Source: a virus (Duplodnaviria; Heunggongvirae; Uroviricota; Caudoviricetes). Taken from it: a stretch of 51,929 nucleotides of DNA. A program made the translations under genes and the position numbers. The notes under the pieces are model-generated. The model saw nothing but the letters and a program-made list of their open reading frames with translations. It did not search any database and had not been told where the DNA came from. The DNA lies in the IMG/VR virus record IMGVR_UViG_2541047794_000002, positions 1 to 51,929 of that record. The stretch is one strand, 5' to 3'. Of the stretch, positions 40,791-51,929 are shown piece by piece; the stretch's first letter is position 1; each line of letters begins with the position of its first letter.

Positions 40791-43341
40791 ACCGGTAGGC
40801 GATCTGGTCGTTGATTTAAGTCTGGATGCGGCCAGATTTGACGAGCAGATGGCCAGAGTCAGGCGTCATTTTTCCGGTACGGAAAGTGATGCGAAAAAAA
40901 CAGCGGCAGTCGTTGAACAGTCGCTGAGCCGACAGGCACTGGCTGCACAGAAAGCGGGGATTTCCGTCGGGCAGTATAAAGCCGCCATGCGTATGCTGCC
41001 TGCGCAGTTCACCGACGTGGCCACGCAGCTTGCAGGCGGGCAAAGTCCGTGGCTGATCCTGCTGCAACAGGGTGGTCAGGTGAAGGACTCCTTCGGCGGG
41101 ATGATCCCCATGTTCAGAGGGCTTGCCGGTGCGATCACCCTGCCGATGGTCGGGGCCACCTCGCTGGCGGTGGCGACCGGTGCGCTGGCGTATGCCTGGT
41201 ATCAGGGCAACTCAACCCTGTCCGATTTCAACAAAACGCTGGTCCTTTCCGGCAATCAGTCGGGTCTGACGGCAGATCGTATGCTGGTCCTGTCCAGAGC
41301 CGGGCAGGCGGCAGGGCTGACGTTTAACCAGACCAGCGAGTCACTGACGGCGCTGGTGAATGCAGGTGTGCGTGGTGGTGAGCAGTTTGAGGCGATCAGC
41401 CAGAGTGTGGCGCGTTTCTCCTCTGCATCCGGCGTGGAGGTGGACAAGGTCGCTGAAGCCTTCGGGAAGCTGACCACAGACCCGACGTCGGGACTGACAG
41501 CGATGGCACGTCAGTTCCATAACGTGACGGCGGAGCAGATTGCGTATGTTGCTCAGTTGCAGCGTTCCGGCGATGAAGCCGGGGCATTGCAGGCGGCGAA
41601 CGAGGCCGCGACGAAAGGGTTTGATGACCAGACCCGCCGCCTGAAAGAGAACATGGGTACGCTGGAGACCTGGGCAGACAGGACAGCGCGGGCATTCAAA
41701 TCCATGTGGGATGCGGTGCTGGATATTGGTCGTCCTGATACCACGCAGGAGATGCTGATTAAGGCAGAGGCTGCGTTTAAGAAAGCGGACGACATCTGGA
41801 GTCTGCGCAAGGATGATTATTTTGTTAACGATGAAGCGCGGGCGCGTTACTGGGATGATCGTGAAAAGGCCCGTCTTGCGCTTGAAGCCGCGAGAAAGAA
41901 GGCTGAGCAGCAGACTCAACAGGACAAAAATGCGCAGCAGCAGAGCGATACCGAAGCGTCACGGCTGAAATATACCGAAGAGGCGCAGAAGGCTTACGAA
42001 CGCCTGCAGACGCCGCTGGAGAAATATACCGCCCGTCAGGAAGAACTGAATAAGGCACTGAAAGACGGGAAAATCCTGCAGGCAGATTACAACACGCTGA
42101 TGGCGGCGGCGAAAAAGGACTATGAAGCGACGCTGAAAAAGCCGAAACAGTCCGGCGTGAAGGTGTCTGCGGGCGATCGTCAGGAAGACAGTGCTCATGC
42201 TGCCCTGCTGACGCTTCAGGCAGAACTCCGGACGCTGGAGAAGCATGCCGGAGCGAATGAGAAAATCAGCCAGCAGCGCCGGGATTTGTGGAAGGCGGAG
42301 AGTCAGTTCGCGGTACTGGAGGAGGCGGCACAACGTCGCCAGCTGTCCGCACAGGAGAAATCCCTGCTGGCGCATAAAGATGAGACGCTGGAGTACAAAC
42401 GCCAGCTGGCTGCACTTGGCGATAAGGTCACGTATCAGGAGCGCCTGAATGCGCTGGCGCAGCAGGCGGATAAATTCGCACAGCAGCAACGGGCAAAACG
42501 GGCCGCCATTGATGCGAAAAGCCGGGGGCTGACTGACCGGCAGGCAGCGCGGGAAGCCACAGAACAGCGCCTGAAGGAACAGTATGGCGATAATCCTCTG
42601 GCGCTGAATAACGTCATGTCAGAGCAGAAAAAGACCTGGGCGGCTGAAGACCTGCTTCGCGGGAACTGGATGGCAGGCCTCAGGTCCGGCTGGAGCGAGT
42701 GGAAAGAGAGTGCCACGGACAGTATGTCGCAGGTTAAAAGTGCTGCCACGCAGACCTTTGATGGTATTGCGCAGAATATGGCGGCGATGCTGACCGGCAG
42801 TGAACAGAACTGGCGCAGCTTCACCCGCTCCGTGCTGTCCATGATGACGGAAATTCTGCTTAAGCAGGCAATGGTGGGGATTGTCGGGAGTATCGGCAGC
42901 GCCATTGGCGGGGCTGTTGGTGGCGGCGCATCAGCGTCAGACGGTACAGCCATTCAGGCTGCTGCGGCGAAATTCCATTTTGCGACCGGAGGATTTACGG
43001 GAACCGGCGGCAAATATGAGCCAGCGGGGATTGTTCACCGTGGTGAATTTGTCTTCACGAAGGAGGCAACCAGCCGGATTGGCGTGGGAAATCTTTACCG
43101 GCTGATGCGCGGCTATGCCACCGGTGGTTATGTCGGTGGCACCGGAAGTCCGGCGCAAATGCGGCGTTCAGAGGGTATCAGATTTGAGCAGAACAACAAC
43201 GTGGTGATTCAGAACGACGGTACGAATGGTCTGCCAGGTCCACAGATGCTGAAGGCAGTGTATGACATGGCCCGCAAGGGTGCCCGTGATGAAATTCAGG
43301 CACAGATGCGCGATGGTGGTCTGTTCTCCGGAGGTGGGTGA
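40783..43341 (+). CDS. H: Tail tape-measure protein H
   Basis: 852 aa matching lambda gpH. Confidence 0.95.
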   Translation: MAEPVGDLVVDLSLDAARFDEQMARVRRHFSGTESDAKKTAAVVEQSLSRQALAAQKAGISVGQYKAAMRMLPAQFTDVATQLAGGQSPWLILLQQGGQVKDSFGGMIPMFRGLAGAITLPMVGATSLAVATGALAYAWYQGNSTLSDFNKTLVLSGNQSGLTADRMLVLSRAGQAAGLTFNQTSESLTALVNAGVRGGEQFEAISQSVARFSSASGVEVDKVAEAFGKLTTDPTSGLTAMARQFHNVTAEQIAYVAQLQRSGDEAGALQAANEAATKGFDDQTRRLKENMGTLETWADRTARAFKSMWDAVLDIGRPDTTQEMLIKAEAAFKKADDIWSLRKDDYFVNDEARARYWDDREKARLALEAARKKAEQQTQQDKNAQQQSDTEASRLKYTEEAQKAYERLQTPLEKYTARQEELNKALKDGKILQADYNTLMAAAKKDYEATLKKPKQSGVKVSAGDRQEDSAHAALLTLQAELRTLEKHAGANEKISQQRRDLWKAESQFAVLEEAAQRRQLSAQEKSLLAHKDETLEYKRQLAALGDKVTYQERLNALAQQADKFAQQQRAKRAAIDAKSRGLTDRQAAREATEQRLKEQYGDNPLALNNVMSEQKKTWAAEDLLRGNWMAGLRSGWSEWKESATDSMSQVKSAATQTFDGIAQNMAAMLTGSEQNWRSFTRSVLSMMTEILLKQAMVGIVGSIGSAIGGAVGGGASASDGTAIQAAAAKFHFATGGFTGTGGKYEPAGIVHRGEFVFTKEATSRIGVGNLYRLMRGYATGGYVGGTGSPAQMRRSEGIRFEQNNNVVIQNDGTNGLPGPQMLKAVYDMARKGARDEIQAQMRDGGLFSGGG

Positions 43342-43670
43342 TGAAGACCTTCCGCTGGAAAGTGAAACCCGGTATGGATGTGGCTTCGGCCCCTTCCGTC
43401 AGGAAAGTGCGCTTTGGTGATGGCTATTCCCAGCGAGCGCCTGCCGGGCTGAATGCCGACCTGAAAACGTACAGCGTGACGCTTTCTGTTCCCCGTTGGG
43501 AGGCCACGGCGCTGGAGTCGTTTCTGGCTGAGCACGGGGGCTGGAAAGCCTTCCTGTGGACGCCGCCTTATGAGTGGCGGCAGATAAAGGTGACCTGCGC
43601 AAAATGGTCGTCGCGGGTCAGTATGCTGCGTGTTGAGTTCAGCGCAGAGTTTGAACAGGTGGTGAACTGA
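43338..43670 (+). CDS. M: Minor tail protein M
   Basis: 110 aa matching lambda gpM. Confidence 0.9.
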   Translation: MMKTFRWKVKPGMDVASAPSVRKVRFGDGYSQRAPAGLNADLKTYSVTLSVPRWEATALESFLAEHGGWKAFLWTPPYEWRQIKVTCAKWSSRVSMLRVEFSAEFEQVVN

Positions 43671-44368
43671 TGCAGGATATCCGGCAGGAAACACTGAATG
43701 AATGCACCCGTGCGGAGCAGTCGGCCAGCGTGGTGCTCTGGGAAATCGACCTGACAGAGGTCGGTGGAGAACATTATTTTTTCTGTAATGAGCAGAACGA
43801 AAAAGGTGAGCCGGTCACCTGGCAGGGGCGACAGTATCAGCCGTATCCCATTCAGGGGAGTGGTTTTGAACTGAATGGCAAAGGCACCAGTACGCGCCCC
43901 ACGCTGACGGTTTCTAACCTGTACGGTATGGTTACCGGTATGGTGGAAGATATGCAGAGTCTGGTCGGCGGAACGGTGGTCAGGCGTAAGGTTTACGCCC
44001 GTTTTCTGGATGCGGTGAACTTCGTCAACGGAAACAGCGACGCCGATCCGGAGCAGGAGGTGATCAGTCGCTGGCGCATCGAGCAGTGCAGCGAACTGAG
44101 CGCGGTCAGTGCCTCCTTTGTACTGTCCACGCCGACGGAAACGGACGGCGCTGTTTTTCCGGGACGTATCATGCTGGCCAACACCTGCACCTGGACCTAT
44201 CGCGGCGATGAGTGCGGTTATAGCGGTCCGGCGGTCGCGGATGAATATGATCAGCCGACGTCCGATATCACGAAGGATAAATGCAGCAAATGCCTGAGTG
44301 GCTGTAAGTTCCGCAATAACGTCGGCAACTTTGGCGGCTTCCTTTCCATTAACAAACTTTCGCAGTAA
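43670..44368 (+). CDS. L: Minor tail protein L
   Basis: 232 aa matching lambda gpL. Confidence 0.9.
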   Translation: MQDIRQETLNECTRAEQSASVVLWEIDLTEVGGEHYFFCNEQNEKGEPVTWQGRQYQPYPIQGSGFELNGKGTSTRPTLTVSNLYGMVTGMVEDMQSLVGGTVVRRKVYARFLDAVNFVNGNSDADPEQEVISRWRIEQCSELSAVSASFVLSTPTETDGAVFPGRIMLANTCTWTYRGDECGYSGPAVADEYDQPTSDITKDKCSKCLSGCKFRNNVGNFGGFLSINKLSQ

Positions 44369-44373
44369 ATCCC

Positions 44374-45117
44374 ATGACAGAGACAGAATCAGCGATTCTG
44401 GCGCACGCCCGGCGATGCGCGCCAGCGGAGTCGTGCGGCTTCGTGGTGAGAGCGCCGGAGGGGGAAAGATATTTTCCCTGCGTGAATATCTCCGGTGAGC
44501 CGGAGGCGTATTTCCGTATGTCGCCGGAAGACTGGCTGCAGGCAGAAATGCAGGGTGAGATTGTGGCGCTGGTCCACAGCCACCCCGGTGGTCTGCCCTG
44601 GCTGAGTGAGGCCGACAGGCGGCTGCAGGTGCAGAGTGATTTGCCGTGGTGGCTGGTCTGCCGGGGAGTGATTCATAAGTTCCGCTGTGTGCCGCATCTC
44701 ACCGGGCGGCGTTTTGAGCACGGGGTGACAGACTGTTATACGCTGTTCCGCGATGCCTATCATCTTGCAGGTATCGATTTGCCGGATTTTTACCGACATG
44801 ATGACTGGTGGAAATCAGGTCAGAATCTCTATCTGGATAATCTGGAGGCCACAGGGCTGTATCAGGTGGCGTTGTCATCAGCACAACCGGGCGATGTGCT
44901 GCTGTGCTGTTTTGGTTCATCGGTGCCGAATCATGCCGCCATTTACTGTGGTGATGGCGAGCTGCTGCACCATATTCCTGAACAACTGAGCAAACGAGAG
45001 AGGTATACCGACAAATGGCAGCGACGCACACACTCCCTCTGGCGTCACCGGGCATGGCACGCATCTGCCTTTACGGGGATTTACAACGATTTGGCCGCCG
45101 CATCGATCTTCGTGTGA
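44374..45117 (+). CDS. K: Tail assembly protein K (JAB/MPN plus NlpC/P60 domains)
   Basis: 247 aa matching lambda gpK. Confidence 0.9.
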   Translation: MTETESAILAHARRCAPAESCGFVVRAPEGERYFPCVNISGEPEAYFRMSPEDWLQAEMQGEIVALVHSHPGGLPWLSEADRRLQVQSDLPWWLVCRGVIHKFRCVPHLTGRRFEHGVTDCYTLFRDAYHLAGIDLPDFYRHDDWWKSGQNLYLDNLEATGLYQVALSSAQPGDVLLCCFGSSVPNHAAIYCGDGELLHHIPEQLSKRERYTDKWQRRTHSLWRHRAWHASAFTGIYNDLAAASIFV

Positions 45118-45686
45118 AAACGGGGGCTGAAGCTATCCGGGCGCTGGCCACACAGCTCCCGGCGTTTCGTCAGAAACTGAGCGACGGCTGGTATCAGGTA
45201 CGGATTGCCGGACGGGATGTCAGCACGTCCGGATTAACGGCGCAGTTACATGAGACTCTGCCTGATGGCGCTGTGATTCATATTGTTCCCAGAGTCGCCG
45301 GGGCCAAGTCAGGTGGCGTATTCCAGATTGTCCTGGGAGCTGCCGCCATTGCCGGATCATTCTTTACTGCCGGAGCCACCCTTGCAGCATGGGGGGCAGC
45401 CATTGGGGCCGGTGGTATGACCGGCATCCTGTTTTCTCTCGGTGCCAGTATGGTGCTCGGTGGTGTGGCGCAGATGCTGGCACCGAAAGCCAGAACTCCC
45501 CGTACACAGACAACGGATAACGGCAAACAGAACACCTATTTCTCCTCACTGGATAACATGGTTGCCCAGGGCAATGTTCTGCCGGTTCTGTACGGTGAAA
45601 TGCGCGTGGGGTCACGCGTGGTTTCTCAGGAGATCAGCACGGCAGACGAAGGGGATGGTGGTCAGGTTGTGGTGATTGGTCGCTGA
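45015..45686 (+). CDS. I: Tail assembly protein I
   Basis: 223 aa matching lambda gpI; overlaps the K 3' end as in lambda. Confidence 0.9.
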   Translation: MAATHTLPLASPGMARICLYGDLQRFGRRIDLRVKTGAEAIRALATQLPAFRQKLSDGWYQVRIAGRDVSTSGLTAQLHETLPDGAVIHIVPRVAGAKSGGVFQIVLGAAAIAGSFFTAGATLAAWGAAIGAGGMTGILFSLGASMVLGGVAQMLAPKARTPRTQTTDNGKQNTYFSSLDNMVAQGNVLPVLYGEMRVGSRVVSQEISTADEGDGGQVVVIGR

Positions 45687-45746
45687 TGCAAAATGTTTTA
45701 TGTGAAACCGCCTCCGGGCGGTTTTATCGTTTATGGAGCATGACGA

Positions 45747-48700
45747 ATGGGTAAAGGCAGCAGTAAGGGGCATACCCCGCGCGAAGCGAAGGACAACCTG
45801 AAGTCCACGCAGCTGCTGAGTGTGATCGATGCCATCAGCGAAGGGCCGGTTGAAGGTCCGGTGGATGGATTAAAAAGCGTGCTGCTGAACAGCACGCCGG
45901 TGCTGGACACTGAGGGGAATACCAACATATCCGGTGTCACGGTGGTGTTCCGTGCCGGTGAGCAGGAGCAGACACCGCCGGAGGGGTTTGAATCCTCCGG
46001 CTCCGAGACGGTGCTCGGTACAGAAGTGAAATATGACACGCCGATCACCCGGACCATCACGTCGGCAAACATTGACCGTCTGCGTTTTACTTTCGGCGTG
46101 CAGACACTGGTGGAAACCACCTCAAAGGGGGACAGGAATCCGTCGGAAGTCCGCCTGCTGGTTCAGATACAGCGTAACGGTGGCTGGGTGACGGAAAAAG
46201 ACATCACCATTAAGGGCAAAACCACCTCGCAGTATCTGGCCTCGGTGGTGGTGGGAAACCTGCCGCCGCGCCCGTTTAATATCCGGATGCGCAGGATGAC
46301 GCCGGACAGCACCACAGACCAGCTGCAGAACAAAACGCTCTGGTCGTCATACACCGAAATCATCGATGTGAAACAGTGCTACCCGAACACGGCACTGGTC
46401 GGCGTGCAGGTGGACTCGGAACAGTTCGGCAGTCAGCAGGTGAGCCGTAATTATCATCTTCGCGGGCGCATTCTGCAGGTGCCGTCGAACTATAACCCGC
46501 AGACGCGGCAATACAGCGGTATCTGGGACGGAACGTTTAAGCCAGCATACAGCAACAACATGGCCTGGTGTCTGTGGGATATGCTGACCCATCCGCGCTA
46601 CGGCATGGGGAAGCGTCTCGGTGCGGCGGATGTGGACAAATGGGCGCTGTATGTCATCGGCCAGAATTGCGACCAGTCGGTGCCGGATGGCTTTGGTGGC
46701 ACGGAGCCGCGCATCACCTGTAATGCCTGGCTGACCACACAGCGTAAGGCGTGGGATGTTCTCAGTGATTTCTGCTCGGCGATGCGCTGTATGCCGGTAT
46801 GGAACGGGCAGACGCTGACGTTCGTGCAGGACCGACCATCAGATAAGGTGTGGACCTATAACCGCAGTAATGTGGTGATGCCGGATGATGGCGCGCCGTT
46901 CCGCTACAGCTTCAGCGCCCTGAAGGACCGCCATAATGCCGTTGAGGTGAACTGGATTGACCCGGATAACGGCTGGGAGACGGCGACAGAGCTTGTTGAA
47001 GATACGCAGGCCATTGCCCGTTACGGTCGTAACGTCACGAAGATGGATGCCTTTGGCTGTACCAGCCGGGGGCAGGCGCACCGCGCCGGGCTGTGGCTGA
47101 TTAAAACGGAACTGCTGGAAACGCAGACCGTGGACTTCAGCGTGGGTGCGGAAGGGCTTCGCCATGTACCGGGGGATGTCATTGAAATCTGCGATGATGA
47201 CTATGCGGGTATCAGCATCGGCGGGCGCGTGCTGGCGGTGAACAGCCAGACCCGGACGCTGACGCTCGACCGTGAAATCACGCTGCCATCCTCCGGTACC
47301 ACGCTGATAAGCCTGGTTGACGGAAGTGGCAATCCGGTCAGCGTGGAGGTCCAGTCCGTCACCGACGGCGTGAAGGTAAAAGTGAGCCGTGTTCCTGACG
47401 GCGTTGCCGGATACAGCGTGTGGGGGCTGAAGCTGCCGACGCTGCGCCAGCGCCTGTTCCGCTGCGTGAGTATCCGTGAGAACGACGACGGCACGTATGC
47501 CATCACCGCCGTGCAGCATGTACCGGAAAAAGAAGCCATCGTGGATAACGGGGCGCACTTTGACGGCGACCAGAGCGGCACGGTGAATGGTGTCACGCCG
47601 CCAGCAGTGCAGCACCTGACTGCCGAAGTCACCGCAGACAGCGGGGAGTATCAGGTACTGGCCCGCTGGGACACGCCGAAGGTGGTGAAGGGCGTAAGTT
47701 TCATGCTTCGCCTGACCGTGGCAGCGGATGACGGCAGTGAGCGGCTGGTCAGCACAGCCCGGACGGCGGAAACCACATACCGCTTCACACAACTGGCGCT
47801 GGGGAACTACAGGCTGACAGTCCGGGCAGTAAATGCGTGGGGGCAGCAGGGCGATCCGGCATCGGTATCGTTCCGGATTGCCACACCGGCAGCGCCGTCG
47901 CAGATTGAGCTGACACCGGGGTATTTTCAGATAACCGCCACGCCGCATCTTGCGGTTTATGATCCGACGGTACAGTTTGAGTTCTGGTTCTCGGAAAAGC
48001 GGATTGCGGATATCAGGCAGGTTGAAACCACAGCACGCTATCTTGGCACGGCGCTGTACTGGATAGCCGCCAGTATCAATATCAAACCGGGCCATGATTA
48101 TTATTTTTACATCCGCAGTGTGAACACCGTTGGCAAATCGGCATTTGTGGAGGCTGTTGGCCAGCCGAGTGATGATGCATCCGGCTATCTGAATTTTTTC
48201 AAAGGAGAGATAGGGAAAACCCATCTGGCTCAGGAGTTGTGGACGCAGATTGATAACGGTCAGCTTGCGCCTGACCTGGCTGAAATCAGGACGTCCATTA
48301 CGGGTGTCAGCAATGAAATCACGCAGACCGTCAATAAGAAACTGGAAGACCAGAGTGCAGCGATCCAGCAGATACAGAAGGTTCAGGTTGATACAAATAA
48401 TAACCTGAACAGCATGTGGGCTGTGAAGCTGCAGCAGATGCAGGACGGACGCCTTTATATCGCGGGTATTGGTGCCGGTATTGAGAATACTCCTGACGGT
48501 ATGCAGAGTCAGGTGCTGCTGGCGGCGGACAGGATTGCGATGATTAATCCTGCGAATGGCAACACAAAGCCGATGTTTGTTGGGCAGGGCGATCAGATAT
48601 TCATGAACGAAGTGTTCCTGAAATATCTGACGGCTCCCACCATTACCAGCGGTGGCAATCCCCCAACGTTTTCACTGACACCTGATGGTCGACTTTCTGC

Positions 48701-49229
48701 GAAAAATGCGGATATCAGCGGTAACGTGAACGCGAACTCCGGGACGCTCAACAACGTCACGATTAATCAGAACTGTCGGATTCTGGGAAAACTGTCAGCT
48801 AACCAGATTGAAGGTGATATTGTCAAAACGGTGGGAAAAGCCTTTCCGAGAAATGGCAGTTATGCCAGCGGTACAATAACGGTCACTGTGTACGATGACC
48901 AGGCTTTTGACCGTCAGATAGTAGTCCCCCCCGTTCTGTTTCGTGGGGGTAAGCATGAAAACTTCAACAGCAACAACCAACAGTCATACTGGTATTCAAC
49001 CTGTAAGCTGCAGGTACTGAAGAACGGACAGGAAATCTTTCAGCAACCCGCGACGGATGTCAGCAGGGTATTTTCATCAGTCATTGATATGCCTGCCGGA
49101 CACGGCCATGTCACCCTGACTTTCAATGTTTCTTCATATGGTGCTAATAACTGGACGCCAACGACCAGTATCAGCGACCTTCTTGTTGTTGTGATGAAGA
49201 AATCTACAGCCGGTATCAGTATCAGTTGA
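45747..49229 (+). CDS. J: Central tail fibre / host specificity protein J
   Basis: 1160 aa; N-terminal about 1000 aa match lambda gpJ; the C-terminal receptor-binding region diverges from lambda. Confidence 0.95.
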   Translation: MGKGSSKGHTPREAKDNLKSTQLLSVIDAISEGPVEGPVDGLKSVLLNSTPVLDTEGNTNISGVTVVFRAGEQEQTPPEGFESSGSETVLGTEVKYDTPITRTITSANIDRLRFTFGVQTLVETTSKGDRNPSEVRLLVQIQRNGGWVTEKDITIKGKTTSQYLASVVVGNLPPRPFNIRMRRMTPDSTTDQLQNKTLWSSYTEIIDVKQCYPNTALVGVQVDSEQFGSQQVSRNYHLRGRILQVPSNYNPQTRQYSGIWDGTFKPAYSNNMAWCLWDMLTHPRYGMGKRLGAADVDKWALYVIGQNCDQSVPDGFGGTEPRITCNAWLTTQRKAWDVLSDFCSAMRCMPVWNGQTLTFVQDRPSDKVWTYNRSNVVMPDDGAPFRYSFSALKDRHNAVEVNWIDPDNGWETATELVEDTQAIARYGRNVTKMDAFGCTSRGQAHRAGLWLIKTELLETQTVDFSVGAEGLRHVPGDVIEICDDDYAGISIGGRVLAVNSQTRTLTLDREITLPSSGTTLISLVDGSGNPVSVEVQSVTDGVKVKVSRVPDGVAGYSVWGLKLPTLRQRLFRCVSIRENDDGTYAITAVQHVPEKEAIVDNGAHFDGDQSGTVNGVTPPAVQHLTAEVTADSGEYQVLARWDTPKVVKGVSFMLRLTVAADDGSERLVSTARTAETTYRFTQLALGNYRLTVRAVNAWGQQGDPASVSFRIATPAAPSQIELTPGYFQITATPHLAVYDPTVQFEFWFSEKRIADIRQVETTARYLGTALYWIAASINIKPGHDYYFYIRSVNTVGKSAFVEAVGQPSDDASGYLNFFKGEIGKTHLAQELWTQIDNGQLAPDLAEIRTSITGVSNEITQTVNKKLEDQSAAIQQIQKVQVDTNNNLNSMWAVKLQQMQDGRLYIAGIGAGIENTPDGMQSQVLLAADRIAMINPANGNTKPMFVGQGDQIFMNEVFLKYLTAPTITSGGNPPTFSLTPDGRLSAKNADISGNVNANSGTLNNVTINQNCRILGKLSANQIEGDIVKTVGKAFPRNGSYASGTITVTVYDDQAFDRQIVVPPVLFRGGKHENFNSNNQQSYWYSTCKLQVLKNGQEIFQQPATDVSRVFSSVIDMPAGHGHVTLTFNVSSYGANNWTPTTSISDLLVVVMKKSTAGISIS

Positions 49230-49281
49230 ATTTTATAACCCAGATACGGGCGCCAGAAATGGCGCCTTTTTTATTTGTGGA

Positions 49282-51348
49282 GTGAATATGGCAGTACAGA
49301 TTTCAGGCGTGCTGAAAGACGGTGCAGGAAAACCGATACAGAACTGCACCATTCAGCTCAAAGCAAAACGTAACAGCACCACGGTTGTGGTGAACACGGT
49401 GGCCTCAGAAAATCCGGATGAAGCCGGACGTTACAGCATGGATGTCGAGTATGGCCAGTACAGCGTTATCCTGCTGGTTGAAGGTTTTCCGCCTTCACAT
49501 GCCGGGGCTATCACCGTGTATGAGGATTCTAAGCCGGGGACATTGAATGATTTTCTGGGCGCTGCAACAGAAGATGATGTTCGTCCGGAGGCACTGTATC
49601 GTTTTGAAAAGATGGTGGAAGAGGTGGCACGCAACGCTGAAGCCGCCTCTCAGAGCGCAGCGGCAGCAAAGAAATCAGAAACAGCAGCGGCATCGTCCAG
49701 GAATGCGGCGAAAACATCAGAGACGAATGCAGGTAACAGCGCGAAAGCGGCAGCTTCTTCAAAAACAGCCGCACAAAACGCAGCAACAGCGGCAGAACGT
49801 TCAGAGACAAATGCCCGTGCGTCAGAAGAAGCCTCCGCAGACAGTGAAGAGGCTTCCCGCCGTAATGCAGAGTCAGCCGCTGAAAATGCCGGAGTCGCCA
49901 CCACAAAAGCGCGGGAGGCCGCAGCAGACGCAACAAAGGCCGGGCAGAAAAAGGATGAGGCTCTGTCGGCAGCGACACGGGCTGAAAAGGCGGCAGACCG
50001 CGCAGAAGTCGCAGCGGAAGTGACTGCAGAGCCCTATGCGAATATAGTGCCGCCGCTGCCTGATGTGTGGATACCGTTTAACGATTCACTGGATATGATT
50101 GCGGGTTTTTCTCCGGGCTATAAAAAAATAGCTATTGGTGACGATGTGGTTCAGGTCGCCAGTGATAAACAGGTTAATTTCAGTCGCGCATCAACGGCAA
50201 CATATATCAACAAATCTGGCGAACTGAAAACGGCGGAAATTAATGAGCCGCGATTTGAGTGTGATGGCCTGCTTATTGAGGGACAAAGAACGAACTACAT
50301 GCTCAATTCGGAAAGTCCAGCCAGCTGGGGGAAGTCATCAAACATGGATGTGCCCGAAACCGGGACGGATAGTTTTGGTTTTACTTATGGAAAGTTTGTC
50401 TGCAACGATTCTCTGGTTGGGCAAACTTCGGCTATTAATATGGCATCAATTGCTGCAACAAAGTCAGTTGATGTCTCAGGCGATAACAAGTACGTGACAA
50501 CCTCATGCCGTTTTAAAACAGAACGACAGGTAAGGTTACGTATACGGTTTGATAAGTATGATGGTAGTGCAACAACTTTTCTTGGCGATGCGTACATTGA
50601 TACGCAAACGCTTGAAATTAATATGACAGGTGGTGCTGCCGGCAGAATTACGGCACGAGTCAGGAAGGATAAGACCACAGGCTGGATTTTTGCAGAGGCA
50701 ACGATTCAGGCAATTGATGGTGAGTTAAAAATAGGCTCTCAGATACAGTATTCTCCTGAGCAGGGTGGGGCAACAGTATCTGGTGACTATATTTATCTTG
50801 CCACCCCACAAGTAGAGAATGGGCCGTGTGTATCATCATTTATTATTTCAGGAGGCAGCGCAACGACAAGAGCCAGTGATTTGGTTAGTATCCCCACCAG
50901 AAATAATCTTTATAAGTTACCATTTACTTTTTTACTTGAGATTCATAAAAACTGGGATATTGCACCAAACGCCGCACCCCGCGTGTGGGATATAGCAGCA
51001 GCCAATACCGGGCAATCAGCAATTGCAGCAATCAACAGAGGTAGTGATAAGTTATATATGAGTCTGTCAAACCCTTCAGGCTCGTATGTTAATAGCGCAG
51101 CGACAGATGTATTTGCAGAGAAAACCACATTTGGATGTATTGCAAAAGCTGATGGTCACTTTCATGTGGTGACAAATGGTAAAGCGGTTAATGAAGTTTA
51201 TTGTGAATATAATGGCGTGACCGCTGATAAAAATATCCGATTTGGAGGGCAGACGAATACTGGAGAACGACATCTGTTTGGCCATATTCGCAATTTCCGC
51301 ATATGGCATAAAGAATTAAATGACAGGCAATTAAAAGAGGTCGTATGA
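49282..51348 (+). CDS. stf: Side tail fibre protein Stf (lambda-like N-terminus, distinct C-terminal domain)
   Basis: 688 aa; MAVQISGVLKDGAGKPIQNCTIQLKAKRNSTTVVVNTV... matches the lambda Stf N-terminus and Ala/Ser-rich shaft; C-terminal about 350 aa unrelated to lambda Stf. Confidence 0.85.
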   Translation: MNMAVQISGVLKDGAGKPIQNCTIQLKAKRNSTTVVVNTVASENPDEAGRYSMDVEYGQYSVILLVEGFPPSHAGAITVYEDSKPGTLNDFLGAATEDDVRPEALYRFEKMVEEVARNAEAASQSAAAAKKSETAAASSRNAAKTSETNAGNSAKAAASSKTAAQNAATAAERSETNARASEEASADSEEASRRNAESAAENAGVATTKAREAAADATKAGQKKDEALSAATRAEKAADRAEVAAEVTAEPYANIVPPLPDVWIPFNDSLDMIAGFSPGYKKIAIGDDVVQVASDKQVNFSRASTATYINKSGELKTAEINEPRFECDGLLIEGQRTNYMLNSESPASWGKSSNMDVPETGTDSFGFTYGKFVCNDSLVGQTSAINMASIAATKSVDVSGDNKYVTTSCRFKTERQVRLRIRFDKYDGSATTFLGDAYIDTQTLEINMTGGAAGRITARVRKDKTTGWIFAEATIQAIDGELKIGSQIQYSPEQGGATVSGDYIYLATPQVENGPCVSSFIISGGSATTRASDLVSIPTRNNLYKLPFTFLLEIHKNWDIAPNAAPRVWDIAAANTGQSAIAAINRGSDKLYMSLSNPSGSYVNSAATDVFAEKTTFGCIAKADGHFHVVTNGKAVNEVYCEYNGVTADKNIRFGGQTNTGERHLFGHIRNFRIWHKELNDRQLKEVV

Positions 51349-51623
51349 AAGATTTAACTTTGAAGTTTCATGACAAACTGCAGTTTAAGGCCTTCCTGTC
51401 ATCTCTTGGCTGGGCGGAAGATGAAGACCTCCAGAATAAACTGTTAGTTGATGAAATTGGTTTCACCTACACAGAAACAGGGGTAACAGAAGAGGGAGAA
51501 CCTGTCTGTATCCGGAATGATGGTTATTTTGTCAACATTCGCATTCTTGATGACTTGTTTGATGTTTCTGTATTCTCTGATTATGTCGTGGAGCTGGAAA
51601 CACCGCTTCGGGAATGGAGCTGA
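51345..51623 (+). CDS. Hypothetical protein coupled to stf (possible tail-fibre assembly/chaperone)
   Basis: 92-aa ORF whose start overlaps the stf stop (ATGA); function inferred only from position. Confidence 0.45.
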   Translation: MKDLTLKFHDKLQFKAFLSSLGWAEDEDLQNKLLVDEIGFTYTETGVTEEGEPVCIRNDGYFVNIRILDDLFDVSVFSDYVVELETPLREWS

Positions 51624-51635
51624 AAGGAGGAAATA

Positions 51636-51929
51636 ATGGATATAAGCCCCTTACTTCATGCACTTTGTGCTGTGGCTGCGCAGATACTGGTTGGTCTTTT
51701 TACCGGAAACTGGGCTTACGGAGCGATAGCCGGTTGTACGTTCTTCATTGCGCGTGAACATACCCAGGCAGAATATCGCTGGATTGAAATGTTCGGGCAT
51801 GGCAAGCGAATGAATATGCCGTGGTGGGGCGGTTTTGATCCGCGTGCTTGGGATGTGGCAAGCCTGATGGATTTTGCTGTGCCGGTGGTGGCGTGTCTGC
51901 TGGTCTGGCTGTTGGTTAATCGTGGGTGA
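51636..51929 (+). CDS. Hypothetical membrane protein, 3' end beyond window
   Basis: ORF preceded by AGGAGG and open to the window end; two hydrophobic segments. Confidence 0.45.
   Translation: MDISPLLHALCAVAAQILVGLFTGNWAYGAIAGCTFFIAREHTQAEYRWIEMFGHGKRMNMPWWGGFDPRAWDVASLMDFAVPVVACLLVWLLVNRG

Noticed and set aside
41341-42953. Several minus-strand ORFs of 170-190 aa (41341..41919, 41959..42489, 42435..42953)
   Set aside because: All are antisense to the tape-measure gene H; no independent support.
46839-48224. 461-aa minus-strand ORF
   Set aside because: Lies entirely antisense within J, which is confidently identified; long antisense ORFs are common in GC-rich coding DNA.

Overview
This window is almost entirely a lambda-type (lambdoid) prophage of an enterobacterial host, in prophage gene order, carrying two insertions. 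Left to right: an IS21-family end (istB 3' fragment) truncating the prophage integrase; xis; exo-bet-gam recombination genes; an immunity region (cI, cro, repeated ATTGCTATT operator-like motifs) with an unknown 287-aa gene in the position lambda uses for rexAB; O (with iterons), P, ren; a DLP12-like block (emrE, ybcK serine recombinase, lipoprotein esterase, ybcN, ninE, ybcO, rusA, ylcG, quuD, intact nmpC porin); the lysis cassette (essD, rrrD, rzpD/rzoD); cos; and a lambda-like structural module nu1-A-W-B-C/nu3-D-E-FI-FII-Z-U-V-G/T-H-M-L-K-I-J-stf. The main finding is an ~11.4 kb integrative satellite/PICI-like element (25183..36610) inserted inside the major capsid gene E, flanked by a 10-bp direct repeat (AGCCGAAGCA). 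It encodes int, alpA, a primase-helicase with an adjacent iteron origin, its own E-like capsid and D-like decoration homologs, a lambda-like cos site with a Nu1-like small terminase, and AT-rich cargo genes including a predicted HEPN/Abi-like protein. All protein identifications are from recognising the translated ORFs by eye; no database search was run, and coordinates of features not on the ORF track are approximate.
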